From Nemertoderma westbladi (taxonomy: Eukaryota > Animalia > Xenacoelomorpha): a stretch of DNA of 60,328 nt. Under the pieces are notes generated by a model. The model was not told where the DNA came from. It did not search any database and saw only the letters and a program-made list of their open reading frames with translations. Below are positions 27,501-41,399 of this stretch, piece by piece. The translations under genes were made by a program, and so were the position numbers. The DNA lies in contig JAUCBJ010005790.1 of NCBI GenBank assembly GCA_032718475.1, positions 1 through 60,328 of the forward strand. The letters run 5' to 3'. Position 1 is the first letter of the stretch, and each line of letters opens with the position of its first letter.

Positions 27501-30500
27501 GTGGGTGAGAAGTACAGGAGGATCTGTGTAGCGTGTGGGAGACAGGGTGAGAAGTACAGGAGGATATGTGGTGAGTGTGGGAGACGGAGTGGGAAGTACA
27601 GGATGATCTGGGGAGGGTTTGGGAGACAGGGTGAGAAGTACAGGAGGATCTGTGGAGGGTGTGGGTGAGAAGTACAGGAGGATCTGGGGAGGGTGTGGGA
27701 GACAGGATGAGAAGTACAGGAGGATCTGTGGAGGGTGTGGGAGACAGGGTGAGAAGTACAGGAGGATCTGTGGAGAGTGTGGGAGACAAGGTGAGAAGTA
27801 CAGGAGGATCTGTGGAGGGTGTGGGTGAGAAGTACAGGAGGATCTGGGGAGGGTGTGGGAGACAGGATGAGAAGTACAGGAGGATCTGTGGAGGGTGTGG
27901 GAGACAGGGTGATAAGTACAGGAGGATCTGTGGAGGGTGTGGGAGACAGGGTGAGAAGTACAGGAGGATCTGTGGAGGGTGTGGGTGAGAAGTACAGGAG
28001 GATCTGTGTAGCGTGTGGGAGACGGAGTGGGAAGTATAGGAGGATCTGTGGAGGGTGTGGGAGACAGGGTGAGAAGTACAGGAGGATCTGAGGAGGGTGG
28101 GGAAGTTGGAGTGGAAGGTACAGGTGGATCTGTGGAGGGTGGGGATGAAAGTGATAATGAACAATTTACAGGTTTTGAAGGAGTGGGGGGTATGGGAAGA
28201 TCCGTGGCGGCTATATAAGATAACGTTTGGAATACAGGAGAATCTATGGAGGGTGTAGAAGATGGAGTGGGGAGTACAGGAGGTTCTGTGGAGGGTGGAG
28301 ATGAAACTGATGAACAATTTATAGGTTTTGACTAACTGCTCAGCCATAGTGATATACAGTTATAATCTCAGTAATAAACTCGTCATACTTTTGTGAATTT
28401 TCATATAAATCGTCACTAAAGTACCTTAAGTGGTTAAAATGTTTTAATAAACTCTTTATGTTTATTTGATAAACTATAATATTTTATAATTTTTCCAGAA
28501 ATGGGGACCATAAAGATTTATTATGATTGATTTTATTTTCAAATAAGCTTTATTGGGGGGTGTTACTGGGATCAGGAATGGCTGCATAGCTCCCACTCAG
28601 AGACGAAATCTAGGTTAATTTAACATTTCAGTGTAATTACAACTGGTGTTACATGGTGGGACAAATTGTTACAGGCATCGGAAATCACCATTCAAGGGCT
28701 CTGATTGGCTGATATCGGGCGTTACATTGTGGGACAAGTGTTACAGGAATGGACATCTGTTTTTCTCAATTATTTGTTACCATGAGGTCGGGGCTATTGG
28801 GAAATTACCACCATTGAATTCAGTGCATCAAGAGCTTTCTGATGATATATAATATTACATACTTTGGGAAACTTTTTTTTACAAAAAAAATAATTTTTTT
28901 GGCCACTTTTTGTGATTTTAAGCCCACAGTGTAGCTAATTAATAGTAGCTAGTATTATTTAATTACAAAATGGTGCAGAATTGACATCAAATTTGAGATA
29001 ACTTTGTTATTTCTAATTCAAAAGGGAATATTTTAAAGAAAGATTAAATAGAAGCTATAATACTGGTGTGCTAAATGTACCTTTAACTTCCAATAATTGT
29101 ATTTAATATATTCATAATTAATATTATTATATTCTAAATGTGGGTTGATTTTGGGGAAAAAGTCGTATTTGTCCGCATTTTTGTGGAGAAAAAGTGAATT
29201 TTTAAAAGAAAACAATATCTTCTACAAAAAGAAATCATTTTTTGTCCTCCTTTTAATCCGCATTTCCTAGGGATGCGACAGAGCTAAAATTTCATCCGGA
29301 GCCGGAGCCCGGAGGTTTCTCCGGGTTACAATATGAGCTCCGGCCGGAGACGGAGCCGGAGCCGGAGTTTGGTGAGTGATAATTCAAGGGTATTTTTATA
29401 GTAGACATAGACAGATATGCGTCCATGAAACAGGGGGGGGGGGGGGGGGGGGATTTGATGCAAATTCTTACTCAATTATCAATTAAGGGAAATGAGCAGT
29501 TTGCAGTCGCATGCTATTCTATTCTAATCAAAACAATAAACTATATTCAATAGAACAGGTTACAATTTTATTTTTGGGAGTAATCAGCAGATATTTTCGT
29601 CGATTTTCTCCTGGAGAGGAATGCATTTTGATTGCGTCCAAAGACTCCCTTATCTCATCTGGTGTTCAATGGGCTAAAATATACTGTAATGTTTTAGACT
29701 TTTCAGTTCACACTCATTACGCAAACTCTGTTATTTTTATATTTCTTACGACTAGACTATCAGTAACTTCGGTTTGTTGTCAAATTATCATCGACACTAT
29801 TTTATGACATTGTGTAATTAATTTCCAGGAGTTGGTGCAGTATTCAATATATTGTCATTGATAAACGTTTAAACATGTACCACCTACCTTACAGTACGTA
29901 CGTAGGCTGGCATAAACCGGATATCTAAAATAATATATCACAACTGTTTAGAGGGTCCTAGGGCTCTATAAACATTATTGAATCACGAACTGAAATACAA
30001 TCTCCGCACACAAATATTGTATAACTATTAAAATTATTATTACATAAATTTAATAAACATAAAGTTCTATAATATGAATTAGTTCTAGAATTATAAGTAT
30101 TTAAACTGATTATTTTATACAAATGAATGAACAGTACCAGCCTGTTGGGGATGGGGGGGGGGGGGGGGGGGGGGTCGGTGGAATGGGGGTTCTGGACTGA
30201 CGAACGAAACGATAGTACATGACGTATTTAAGATTTTTTAATTAGGGAAGAATATTAATTGAATTAACTGAATCATTTCAATGTTTTTGTTCAAACATTT
30301 AAACAATTTCACAAAGGGGGTGGGAGGTTATCAGGAAACTTAAAAAAACAAGCTGTAAATTACTTAATGGGTTATTTTGTTAATTACTATGATAATTACA
30401 TTATTCATACATCAGAAAAACTTATTATTTTAATTCGAATTTAAACAATATAAGCTCCGGATTGTCTCCGGGTTAATTTGCCCGGAGCCGGAACCAGAGC

Positions 30501-33500
30501 CGGAACTAGAAAATTGGCCCAGAGCTCCGGATTTCCGGAGCCGGAGCTCTGTCGCATCCCTAGCGCCCATTTCCTCAAAATAGTAGAATGTGCATCGAAA
30601 ATGCGGAAAAAAAGTACTTTCTTTTTGTAAAATAAATAGTTATTGTATTAAAGGAGATGAGGTATAATTATATAATAAATTATAATATAATTTTCTTTTA
30701 AAAATTCACTTTTATATCCGAAAAGATGGGGACAAAAAAGTGATTATCCAATCAACGATCTGAAGATTATTCCGTTGATTTCGCATTATTTATTCTAGAT
30801 CAGTAATCAGTAAAGGTAATTATTAAAACCGTTAAAAAAAATTATATATTATTATAACTGGTGACGATTTTTCTAAAACGCATCTCCACTTGGTGAATAC
30901 TCATATATGAGTTACAGTAAAACCGTTCTGACTTGGTTTCAACTCACATATGAGTTTCAGCTATACTATTGTTTATCAGCTGCCAGGAAGGCAGTATTGA
31001 CTTTTCTGTCAAAGTCAACAGGCTCATTGTATTGGGCAGTTGTTGATGAGCTTTAGAACAGTTCAATCGACTCCAGACAATCAGTATATTATGCTAAACA
31101 ATACGGTAGTATAGTGTGGGAAAATTTAAACTAATGTCCGTTTCATTGTCACAGAAACAAACTTTAAGCACCAGGTTGAAGGCCATTTTCTCCTCTTTCA
31201 GATGATATTAACGGCGGCTGAAGTTGATAATTACGCAGTTTATCGCTAATTTACTATTTCGCAGCTATTTTTTAAAATAATTAGTCTTATTAGATAAAAA
31301 AAAATTTCAACACTTAGATTTTTACATTCATAGAATGTTACGAATAATTTTCAAGCCATTCTTTTTATGAATTCCAAACTGACATAATTCCACATTCAAT
31401 TCTTCAATTTACATAAATTTTTTTGAGCTTTATAAAAAAAACTCTCACCAAGGAGGAATAGCAAAAAAATATAATCTCTACCAAGTCCAGACGTTGGCTC
31501 ATAAACTCATGAGTTTTCACCAAGTCAACTAATTCTTCTTAAAAAAGGATCCACCATAAGAGGGAAGAATAGCCTTGAGAGAACTCAATTAGTTCTAACC
31601 AAGTACTACCATTAGAAAAATTCCCACCAAGTTGAATTGGCACCCCCCAAACTCATATGAGTTTTCACCAGTTTAAGGGTTAATATATTTAGCATTAAAA
31701 TATTTTAGTTGTAGCAAGGCAATCGTGATGCATCGTATTACGGTGGCCTTGGTTGTAGGATCTTCTGATCAAGTAGCTAGTTTAACCCTTTCCACACCCT
31801 ACCGTATACATTACTTTATGACGGAAATTGCGGGTATAAGTAAACCCGGGAAGCCAATTTTGAAAATCGGCTGTGATTGGCTGCTACATATTTGACGTCA
31901 CCACGCAGTGCTCTGATAATTTCTTATATTTTTTTCTTTAATTTCATGATCATAAATTCAACAATTCATACAGTGATTGATTGCGAAATACTTAAATGGG
32001 TTTTTGTTAGATTGACTCGACTAAATTCAATCTCGGAGAATTAATATCTCATCTTGGCGAATTAACAATGTTTACTGTTAACAATGCTTACAAACTAGCT
32101 TCCGATATAATATCGCTTTGGATAACGCAATATCCCACACGTTATACAGGGGCCTTATGAGCACCTACAGACGAGCAAAGGAAACGTACACAATCCCTTC
32201 TATGTGGTCAATACTAACATGTGAATATGACAAACGTGCAATCCTGACAGGATTCCAAACTGGCATTAACTCACTCAACAATAACGTAATTTGTGCTAAT
32301 TTCGTAAATAATTGCTATGATCTACATGGAGTAACATTTACAACTAAACATAATAGAATATTACAATTTTATGGATTTTAAGTTTGTTCCTTTACTGCAT
32401 ACTCTCAATTGGTGTTAATTCGAACCGTACGGTACACAACCTTATACTGTCACAATAACTATTTGTATTAATGTTTATTATAACGTGTCGTCCCTGTGTT
32501 ATATTAACCATACCCAACATTGATTGCAATTTTAATTTAACCAAAACAATACAGGAAGCATAAAATAGGTTGCAGTTTTAATTAAATTGAGAGTAATCAG
32601 CTGTTATTTGCGTCGATTTTTCTATGCGGAGGGATACATTTTTGATTGCGTCCTTTTGATTGCGTCCATACCTGACCTTCAGCTTCAACGAATATAAATA
32701 ACAATTTAATAAGAAAGGTTACAAACTATTTATGTAACTCACCAAGCCAGCGAGAATAAACACCATATCGAGAATTCTCCCGATCGTGGTCTTCGGAGCG
32801 ATATCGCCATAGCCAACCGTAGACATGGTAACCATGAGCATGTAGACGCAATCGAAGTAGCTGAGTTGTTGAGGGTTGCTGAAGTTGTACCAAGGGTCGC
32901 CTGAATTCTCCACCAGGTGTATCAGACCGGACACGGTTAGCCATAGACTTAGGAGTAAGCTGACTAGCTGAACCAGTTTAATCGAGTTACTGGGGGAACA
33001 ATAATTATAAACATAAACACTAGTTATACCGGTAGCGGGAATGATTAGATAAATAGATGCCGTAGATGTCGTTGGAGAGTTTTAGGGATTCGATGAAGGT
33101 GTTTTGTAGGTGAAGATGAAGTGATGCCCATATTCGGGCATAAAGCACCCCTCGTAATATCAATTAGTAGGTTTAATAACACAGAAATTAGGGCTCAGTA
33201 CAATATTGATTTAAATAACATATATTAAGATATTAAAACAGAATTATTCCGTCCAATCAAAGCCACGCCACACACTTAAGTCCCTGGTTTAATAATTGAC
33301 CCGTGACATTCATCTATCTGACCTTGTTTTTAGAATCCGAAGGAACTGCAAAAATTCAGGAATTTGAAGAATAGCGACGGCTCTGAAGAATCGTAACCCA
33401 ATGTACTGGCGTTTGAGGTAGATGCTGAGGAACACAGGTGGTATGGTACAGAAATCTACGATAGCAGTCACTTCCAACCAGAACCAAAGTTTGTCATTAG

Positions 33501-36500
33501 CAGCTAAAAACTAAAAATGGAAAACAATGACCGAGCGAGTTCGCACGAACTATTAGTAGATGTATCATTTACAAAGATTGTCCATAAAAATTACAATTAT
33601 TTATTTATTTTTTAGTTATCACAAAAAGTCAATAGTAGCACTGCACTATATCGGCAGTAGCAGGACTTAATATATCATCAGACCAATTGATAATAAAATG
33701 TGAAGCAAATTAATAGTGCCCACCCACAAACACATTTTGGGAAAAAACTGCACTCTATCTATATAATACTATATACTAACTCTGAGCCCGAAATGTATAA
33801 GAAAACATGAGTTAATTATTAACTCCACTGTCAGTAAGGGATCGTCTAACGGATTGTCAGGTAAGCAGTATTCAATTGGTTTCCTAAAAAAAATAAGCTA
33901 AGAGTAATTAATGAGTTAACCTTATTAAAAACTACAACTTACAGTGTATAATTTTAGCAATTTTATGTTTTACTATAACCAAACAACCCATCCTGTCACA
34001 TTATAATGAATAAGTGATTAATGATTAATATTGGCCTAAACCATAACTGACCATGAATACCTAATTAAATTGTTAAGAAAGATTGTCTATTAGATACATT
34101 GGAATGATTTGATTCAACATTGTATAACTCGAAGTTGTTCGAGGTCGCTCGACCTAGTAATTTAATTAGTAGTTGCTCTATAAGTATAAAATTAAAAGGT
34201 AGACTTACTATACAATGTTGGTCGGTTTCGGGTAGGTGTAAAACGCGGATCCGGATTCAGGATCCGGATCAGGACCCGGATTTGCGAGTCTAAAAGGCGG
34301 ATCCGGATTTACATAAAATCCGTAACTGAGTGTAATATGCGGATTCTGAAATACGCAATCCGTATTGAAGTGTAAAACGCGGATTCATATATTTTGTGAA
34401 TCCGGAATGGAGTGTAAAACACGGATTTACGTTAATTACAGAGTTTGTTACTGGATCCGGGAAGGGGTGTAAAACGCGGATTCATGTTAATTACCAAGTT
34501 TCATTGGATCCGGGAAGGGGTGTAAAACGCGGATTCAAGTCAATTACAAAGTTTTACTGGATCCGGGAAGGGGTGTAAAACGCGGATTAAATTTATTTAC
34601 CAAGTGTTACTGGATCCGGGAAGGGGTGTAAAACGAGGATTCAAGTTAATTACCAAGTTTTATTGGATCCGGGGAGGGGTGTAAAACGCGGATTCATGTT
34701 AATTACCAAGTTTTATTGGATCCGGGAAGGGGTGTAAAACGCGGATTCAAGTCAATTACAAAGTTTTATTGGATCCGGGAAGGGGTGTAAAACGCGGATT
34801 CATGTTAATTACCAAGTTTCATTGGATCCGGGAAGGGGTGTAAAACGCGGATTCTATTTATTTACTAAGTGTTACTGGATCCGGGAAGGGGTGTAAAACG
34901 AGGATTCAAGTTAATTACCAAGTTTTATTGGATCCGAGAAGGGGTGTAAAACACGGATTCATGTTAATTACAAAGTTTTATTGGATCAGGGAAGGGGTGT
35001 AAAACGCGGATTCAAGTCAATTACAAAAGTTTTATTGGATCCGGGAAGGGGTGTAAAACGCGGATTCAAGTCAATTACAAAGTTTTATTGGATCCGGGAA
35101 GGGGTGTAAAACGCGGATTCAATTTATTTACCAAGTGTTACTGGATCCGGGAAGGGGTGTAAAACGCGGATTCAATTTATTTACCAAGTGTTACTGGATC
35201 CGGGAAGGGGTGTAAAACGAGGATTCAAGTTAATTACCAAGTTTTATTGGATCCGGGAAGGGGTGTAAAACGCGGATTCATGTTAATTACCAAGTTTTAT
35301 TGGATCCGGGAAGGGGTGTAAAACGCGGATTCAAGTCAATTACAAAGTTTTATTGGATCCGGGAAGGGGTGTAAAACGCGGATTCATGTTAATTACCAAG
35401 TTTCATTGGATCCGGGAAGGGGTGTAAAACGCGGATTCAATTTATTTACTAAGTGTTACTGGATCCGGGAAGGGGTGTAAAACGAGGATTCAAGTTAATT
35501 ACCAAGTTTTATTGGATCCGAGAAGGGGTGTAAAACGCGGATTCAAGTTAATTACAAAGTTTTATTGGATCCGGGAAGGGGTGTAAAACGCGGATTCAAT
35601 TTATTTACCAAGTGTTACTGGATCCGGGAAGGGGTGTAAAACGAGGATTCAAGTTAATTACCAAGTTTTATTGGATCCGGGAAGGGGTGTAAAACGCGGA
35701 TTCATGTTAATTACCAAGTTTTATTGGATCCGGGAAGGGGTGTAAAACGCGGATTCAAGTCAATTACAAAGTTTTATTGGATCCGGGAAGGGGTGTAAAA
35801 CGCGGATTCATGTTAATTACCAAGTTTCATTGGATCCGGGAAGGGGTGTAAAACGCGGATTCAATTTATTTACTAAGTGTTACTGGAACCGGGAAGGGGT
35901 GTAAAACGAGGATTCAAGTTAATTACCAAGTTTTATTGGATCCGAGAAGGGGTGTAAAACGCGGATTCATGTTAATTACCAAGTTTTATTGGATCAGGGA
36001 AGGGGTGTAAAACGCGGATTCAAGTCAATTACAAAAGTTTTATTGGATCCGGGAAGGGGTGTAAAACGCGGATTCATGTTAATTACCAAGTTTCATTGGA
36101 TCCGGGAAGGGGTGTAAAACGCGGATTCAATTTATTTACCAAGTGTTACTGGATCCGGGAAGGGGTGTAAAACGAGGATTCAAGTTAATTACCAAGTTTT
36201 ATTGGATCCGAGAAGGGGTGTAAAACGCGGATTCAATTTATTTACCAAGTGTTACTGGATCCGGGAAGGGGTGTAAAACGAGGATTCAAGTTAATTACCA
36301 AGTTTCATTGGATCAGGGAAGGGGTGTAAAACGCGGATTCAATTTATTTACAAAGTGTTACTGGATCCGGGAAGGGGTGTAAAAAGCGGATATTTACATT
36401 TTTTTTAATTAAAAATTTATCCCTCTAAAAAAAAAGTTAATTTTGTGCGGTATCCATGATTATTATTACACGTATATATATTTACTACAATCTCAATCCT

Positions 36501-39500
36501 ATAAATGATGTCTTTAAATTAATTCACCATGGGGTGCTATGGCAGGTCATGGTTGCAGGTCAGTATTAATCGCCAGGTCATATTATTCCCAGATCCAGTA
36601 ACACTTGGTAATTAACTTAAATCCGCGTTTTACATCCCTTCCCGGATCCAGTAACACTTGGTAAATAAATTGAATCAGTGTTTTACACCCCTTCCCGGAT
36701 CCAATAACACTTTGTAATAAACCTGAATCCGTAATTTACACCCAATCCCGGATTCAGTAGAAATATGAATCCGCGTTTTATACTCCGTTCAGGACCCGAA
36801 AAAAGGACAATCCGCGTTTTACACTCGGTTACAGATTCGGGAAATTTAACAGTGCGCGGATCCACAGATTACACCCTAAAAATGTAAATTCAGTCGATTT
36901 CCATAGGGAGGGACAATGTTAAATGATAGAATCCGGATCCTGATCCGGATCCGCGTTTTACTTTCGCTATTTCCATGAATTTACTAAATCTTTCACAGGG
37001 CCGTATTGCGCTCATTTTATCAAATTTGAATTTAATGGAATGCTAAATCATCCAATTGCGGTCCCTGCCTCTATAGTTTGTTAAGAATCATAATCAAACA
37101 GTTATATAATGTAACAAGAGGGTTGAGCTCAGGTAACTATGGTGAAATTAATAACATAGAGAGACAGGGTTTCCCCAAGAAAGCCTCCCAACAACAGGGT
37201 CTCACCAGGGACTTGTACCTGACTTATAAACATTGAAAACATTATTTATATGTATTAATTCAACACGACCCCCTAGTAAAACAAGTTGGGCCGCTTCAAC
37301 ATAAACTTTATGTGGATTGAACAATACAGAGGCTCAGATCTAACATTATGATACTTTTGACTTTGGCTTGGGGTTGTTGTGAAAAATCATTAATGATTGA
37401 CATTGGAAAAAAAATACGTGAAAAGGGCACAGTACGGTACACAACACATCTCTATGCAGAATAAATAACTTGTGCACACACAGTTTAAAGTACACATTTA
37501 GCAATACAATACAAATACATAACATAATGAAAATGTATAGATAGTTAAATTAATAAAACAATACCATAAAGCATGCGTTGTGCAGTTTAGCTCAGTAAAA
37601 GCAGCTGTTCACTTCAGATAAGTTGTGAACAACATCAAACATGCAATTAATTAAAAGATAAATTAGTATCCGCATATCCGTAATAACTACGAAATATTTA
37701 TAGAATATTAAGTTAATAACTATTAAATCCAATCCATGATTAAACACTTGGTATTATATGTGCCGGGGGATATTTTTAAGTCTGTTGATTTTTTTCCTAT
37801 AACTCAGATTGATGATGGATGATAATATATAATAAAATAATTCTGCCACCGAAAAATAATAAGGTTAGAAAAAACTGTAATGCTATTAACATAACATGAA
37901 CATGTTGTGCCCTAAACCAATGAAATGCCATTCTCGGCAACTTCTGTATAAATTAAATGCCCCAACTTAACAAATGAAATGCAACAAATTTGTCAATTAC
38001 TTAGGGCTGATCTGACAAAAAGATAAGATACATTTGCAAATAAAGGATTCACTGCAGTTCTCCCAGGCCACTCCACCTGTAAAACGAATTCATCAAACAC
38101 AATGGTGTAAAAGGATGGAAAATGCAGGCAGAATATATCACAAGCTCTGCGTGACAATAAAGTAATATATATTAGTCCGGCAGATATTACATTATAACCT
38201 GCATGGAAGTATATATTAAATGCTTTAACTGATTCGGGTTGGTTATATTGTTGGATCAATAATTCGACTGATGCCTAACCTGCACCATTGATGATTTTTA
38301 TAAAAGTTACAACATTTTTTCCCCCATTGTGATGACTTTATATATGATGGAAAAGCAATACGATTTTCGATCCCACAGGGTTGTGTTCCAGAACGTTTTT
38401 ACTCACTATTATTCCAATGGGAACAGCCCCGGCTTCAAATTATAAAGTGTGCTATATCGTAACGATGTTGCAGTTTTAAAAATGTATTCAATAACATATA
38501 TATTCCTGGTTGTATCTAAATATTAAAAAAAATAGTATTTTAAGTATTATAAGTATATTAAATTCGACTTCCACTGTTCCAGCCAAATATAACTCAATAT
38601 ACTTGTGTTTACATAGTCGTCTCAGTAAAAATATGTGAGGTATGACTGAAATGAAAATATGAGGGGGATTCCGGTGATTTAAGTTTAATTGCAATGGAAA
38701 CTTGTATGATTTGTTCATTTTCAACAGTAAATTTATTACTAAAATATAAAAATATTGATAATAATAAATATTAAAAATAATTATTTGTATAATTATTAAT
38801 AAATAATAGTTTTTTATTTAATTAAAATTAAATATAATAGTTAAAAATAATAAAATTATTGTCTTAACCGTTCTTCGGGACATATTGCAAATTACACAAA
38901 ATCCTCAATGATGCAAGCTGGTCATCAGTCGGATTATTAATCACAAAAAAATTTCCTACCAAAATCACCCAAAACGTTTACTATATCTGCCGGACAATAT
39001 GCTTATTTTCTTGTTGTATTAATATTGCTTATTTATTTATTTGCAGATGCAAAAATATTCGCATTTATTTTTTAAAAAGTACTACTTGGAGTTTTCAGTT
39101 TCAAAACTAAAACTAAGGTATAGAAATATCCAGGAATTACATACATTAGCCCATAGCTCCACTCCATGGTATTTCACCCCTAAAATAAATTTACAACATA
39201 GTCTTTAAGGTGAGTACGGTATGTCTGTCTGTCTCTGTTTGTGTATTTTTTCCGTTCCAGCGCAATTTAAAATATAATTTTGTTTCCAATTTATACGAAT
39301 ATTTCCATGACAAATAATTTAAACAATGTGATGTAAATGTTCGACTATTTCGTTTTAATTACCAGACAGCGACTGGTCAAGCCAGCGAGTGGTGGGTATT
39401 GTATTTGTATATTTAAGCAATAATTTTATATTTAAAAATTGAAGGGTTGTTTATGTTTAATCTTTGTAAATATATGAGACTTGGATGGCCCCGAAAAATA

Positions 39501-41360
39501 TACATGTATGTTCGTTCCCACTTCGCATAGTGGAGATTCATTGCGAAATTGTTTTGAATTGAATGAAATTGAATTTATTGCCCAGCTTCCAAATGAAGTA
39601 TTATACCTGAGACAATGATTGCATTATATTGGAGATAGTTGAAGTCCCAGCGGGGTATCTCAGTCTAATAAGGAATAGTATAATGAACGCAAACTGGAAA
39701 AAGGCCATATAGTTATAATTATATTAGCGAGATAAAGGCAGTAAGTACATAGAAAGAAAGTATAAACACGAATAATATATTTATAGTATGAACTGCAAAA
39801 AATCAAATATATAATACTACTAAAATTAATCAAATCAAATTTAAATGCAATTTAAAAGTTTAAAAGCATTTAAATTTGATTTGAGTAATTTTAGTAGTAT
39901 TATATATTTGATTTTTTGCAGTTCATACTATAAATATATTATTCGTGTTTATACTTCCATGTACTTACTGCCTGTATTGCGCTGAAGATGGTTTATTGAT
40001 TAAATCGAAACGTTCGAACTATAACTATATATGTTTTTTCCAGTTTGCGTTCATTATACTATTCCTTATAATTGGAGATATTATATACTAGCTCGGGCAA
40101 CTGCAGAAACTGCCCAATACTAACGAATTACAAACTAAAAATCAATATCTACCTGCCTTCAATCCTACATGCGGTTATTAGCCGATGCCACCAGCTGATA
40201 AATATGACAGGTGGTTATAAACTGTAAACAGTATTCTGGGAGGGACAGTAAGAAAGGACTGTTAACAATCGATTGTTAGTAAAACGGAGCTGCTTTACGC
40301 CTCTAACGTAGGTGGTGGGTTGATTTTCATGATATATAAATCGGAAAGATGTGTTGACGTGAAGGAAGATGTGACATGGAATGGTCACTGGATGACAAGT
40401 AAATGCAACAAAGTGGTAGTATATAATATTTGGTTAGCAAGCGGCAGGACTGAGGCACGAGTGAGTACATTGGACAGGACAATGACGCATTTATACTACA
40501 AAATGTAGTCTAATCTAACAGCAGTCAACAAAAGCCGCTCACAATAACAATCGGATGTGAATGAGCGGTGCGAGGCTACTCACGAAGTGTAAACTAAGTA
40601 TATTATGAAGGCGGCTATTGAGTTAAACAACATGAACACCATCTGCGGGAGATAAAATAGAATTATATATATTGTACCTTATTTATCAGAAATATAAATT
40701 CGTCTTGAGACTTGAACGTATTTCGAAGATAGGCCTAACTTAAAAAACAATTATATTTCATTAATGAGTAACAGCGATAACTACCCCAGGACGTTTTAGT
40801 GCTACATACATGTAATTCTATTATCTACAATTTTTCAGGAGCAAAATAAATACTGAGTTGGAAAACAATGATTTAATTTCTTACGATAAATGAGGATAAA
40901 AAATTTTCCAACAACCTCATCATAATAAAAATATGTACCGGTACCCGGTGTGTAATACTCATTACACTACAATTCATTGACCCTTATATTATACCTTGTA
41001 TCTAGAATAACATCCAAGTAATACATATTTTCGTTAATATTCATTTTCCACAAGCAATTCGTAGGTTATTAAGGAAAGGCAGACTGTTTTGGAATTATAA
41101 TAATGCTTATTTATCAGATACTGCCACTTTGAGCAAGTAAGATAAAAAACATCGACCAATCACGATATGTAAACCACCAATCGACTAAAAGGGGATAAAC
41201 CTATTACAGCTGATTTTACCCAACCAGTTGGATGGTTGTGTGCCTATTGTTTCGATCATTCCGTGAATGTGGGGCGAGCCACGAAGTTGGCGGAGCCTTA
41301 GCGAATTGACACTGTTAGGGGGTGGGTCAATTTATGCAAATAGTTGTCGTCGTCGTCGTT

Positions 41361-41399
<39 letters not shown>

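Noticed and set aside
26182-28347. Long ORFs (up to 461 aa) with [13 protein letters not shown] repeats
   Set aside because: Translations of the 42-bp minisatellite, open in several frames on both strands.
15693-32742. Alternative S6/linker exon as in vertebrate and fly Slo1
   Set aside because: Looked for a second 92-nt AxFAxFVPEI-like exon and found none by eye; a tBLASTn with the exon peptide would settle it.
34453-36390. CRISPR-like pattern of constant 30 bp plus variable 23 bp
   Set aside because: The variable parts are point variants of one sequence that recur, there are no cas genes, and the context is a eukaryotic intron. It is a satellite.
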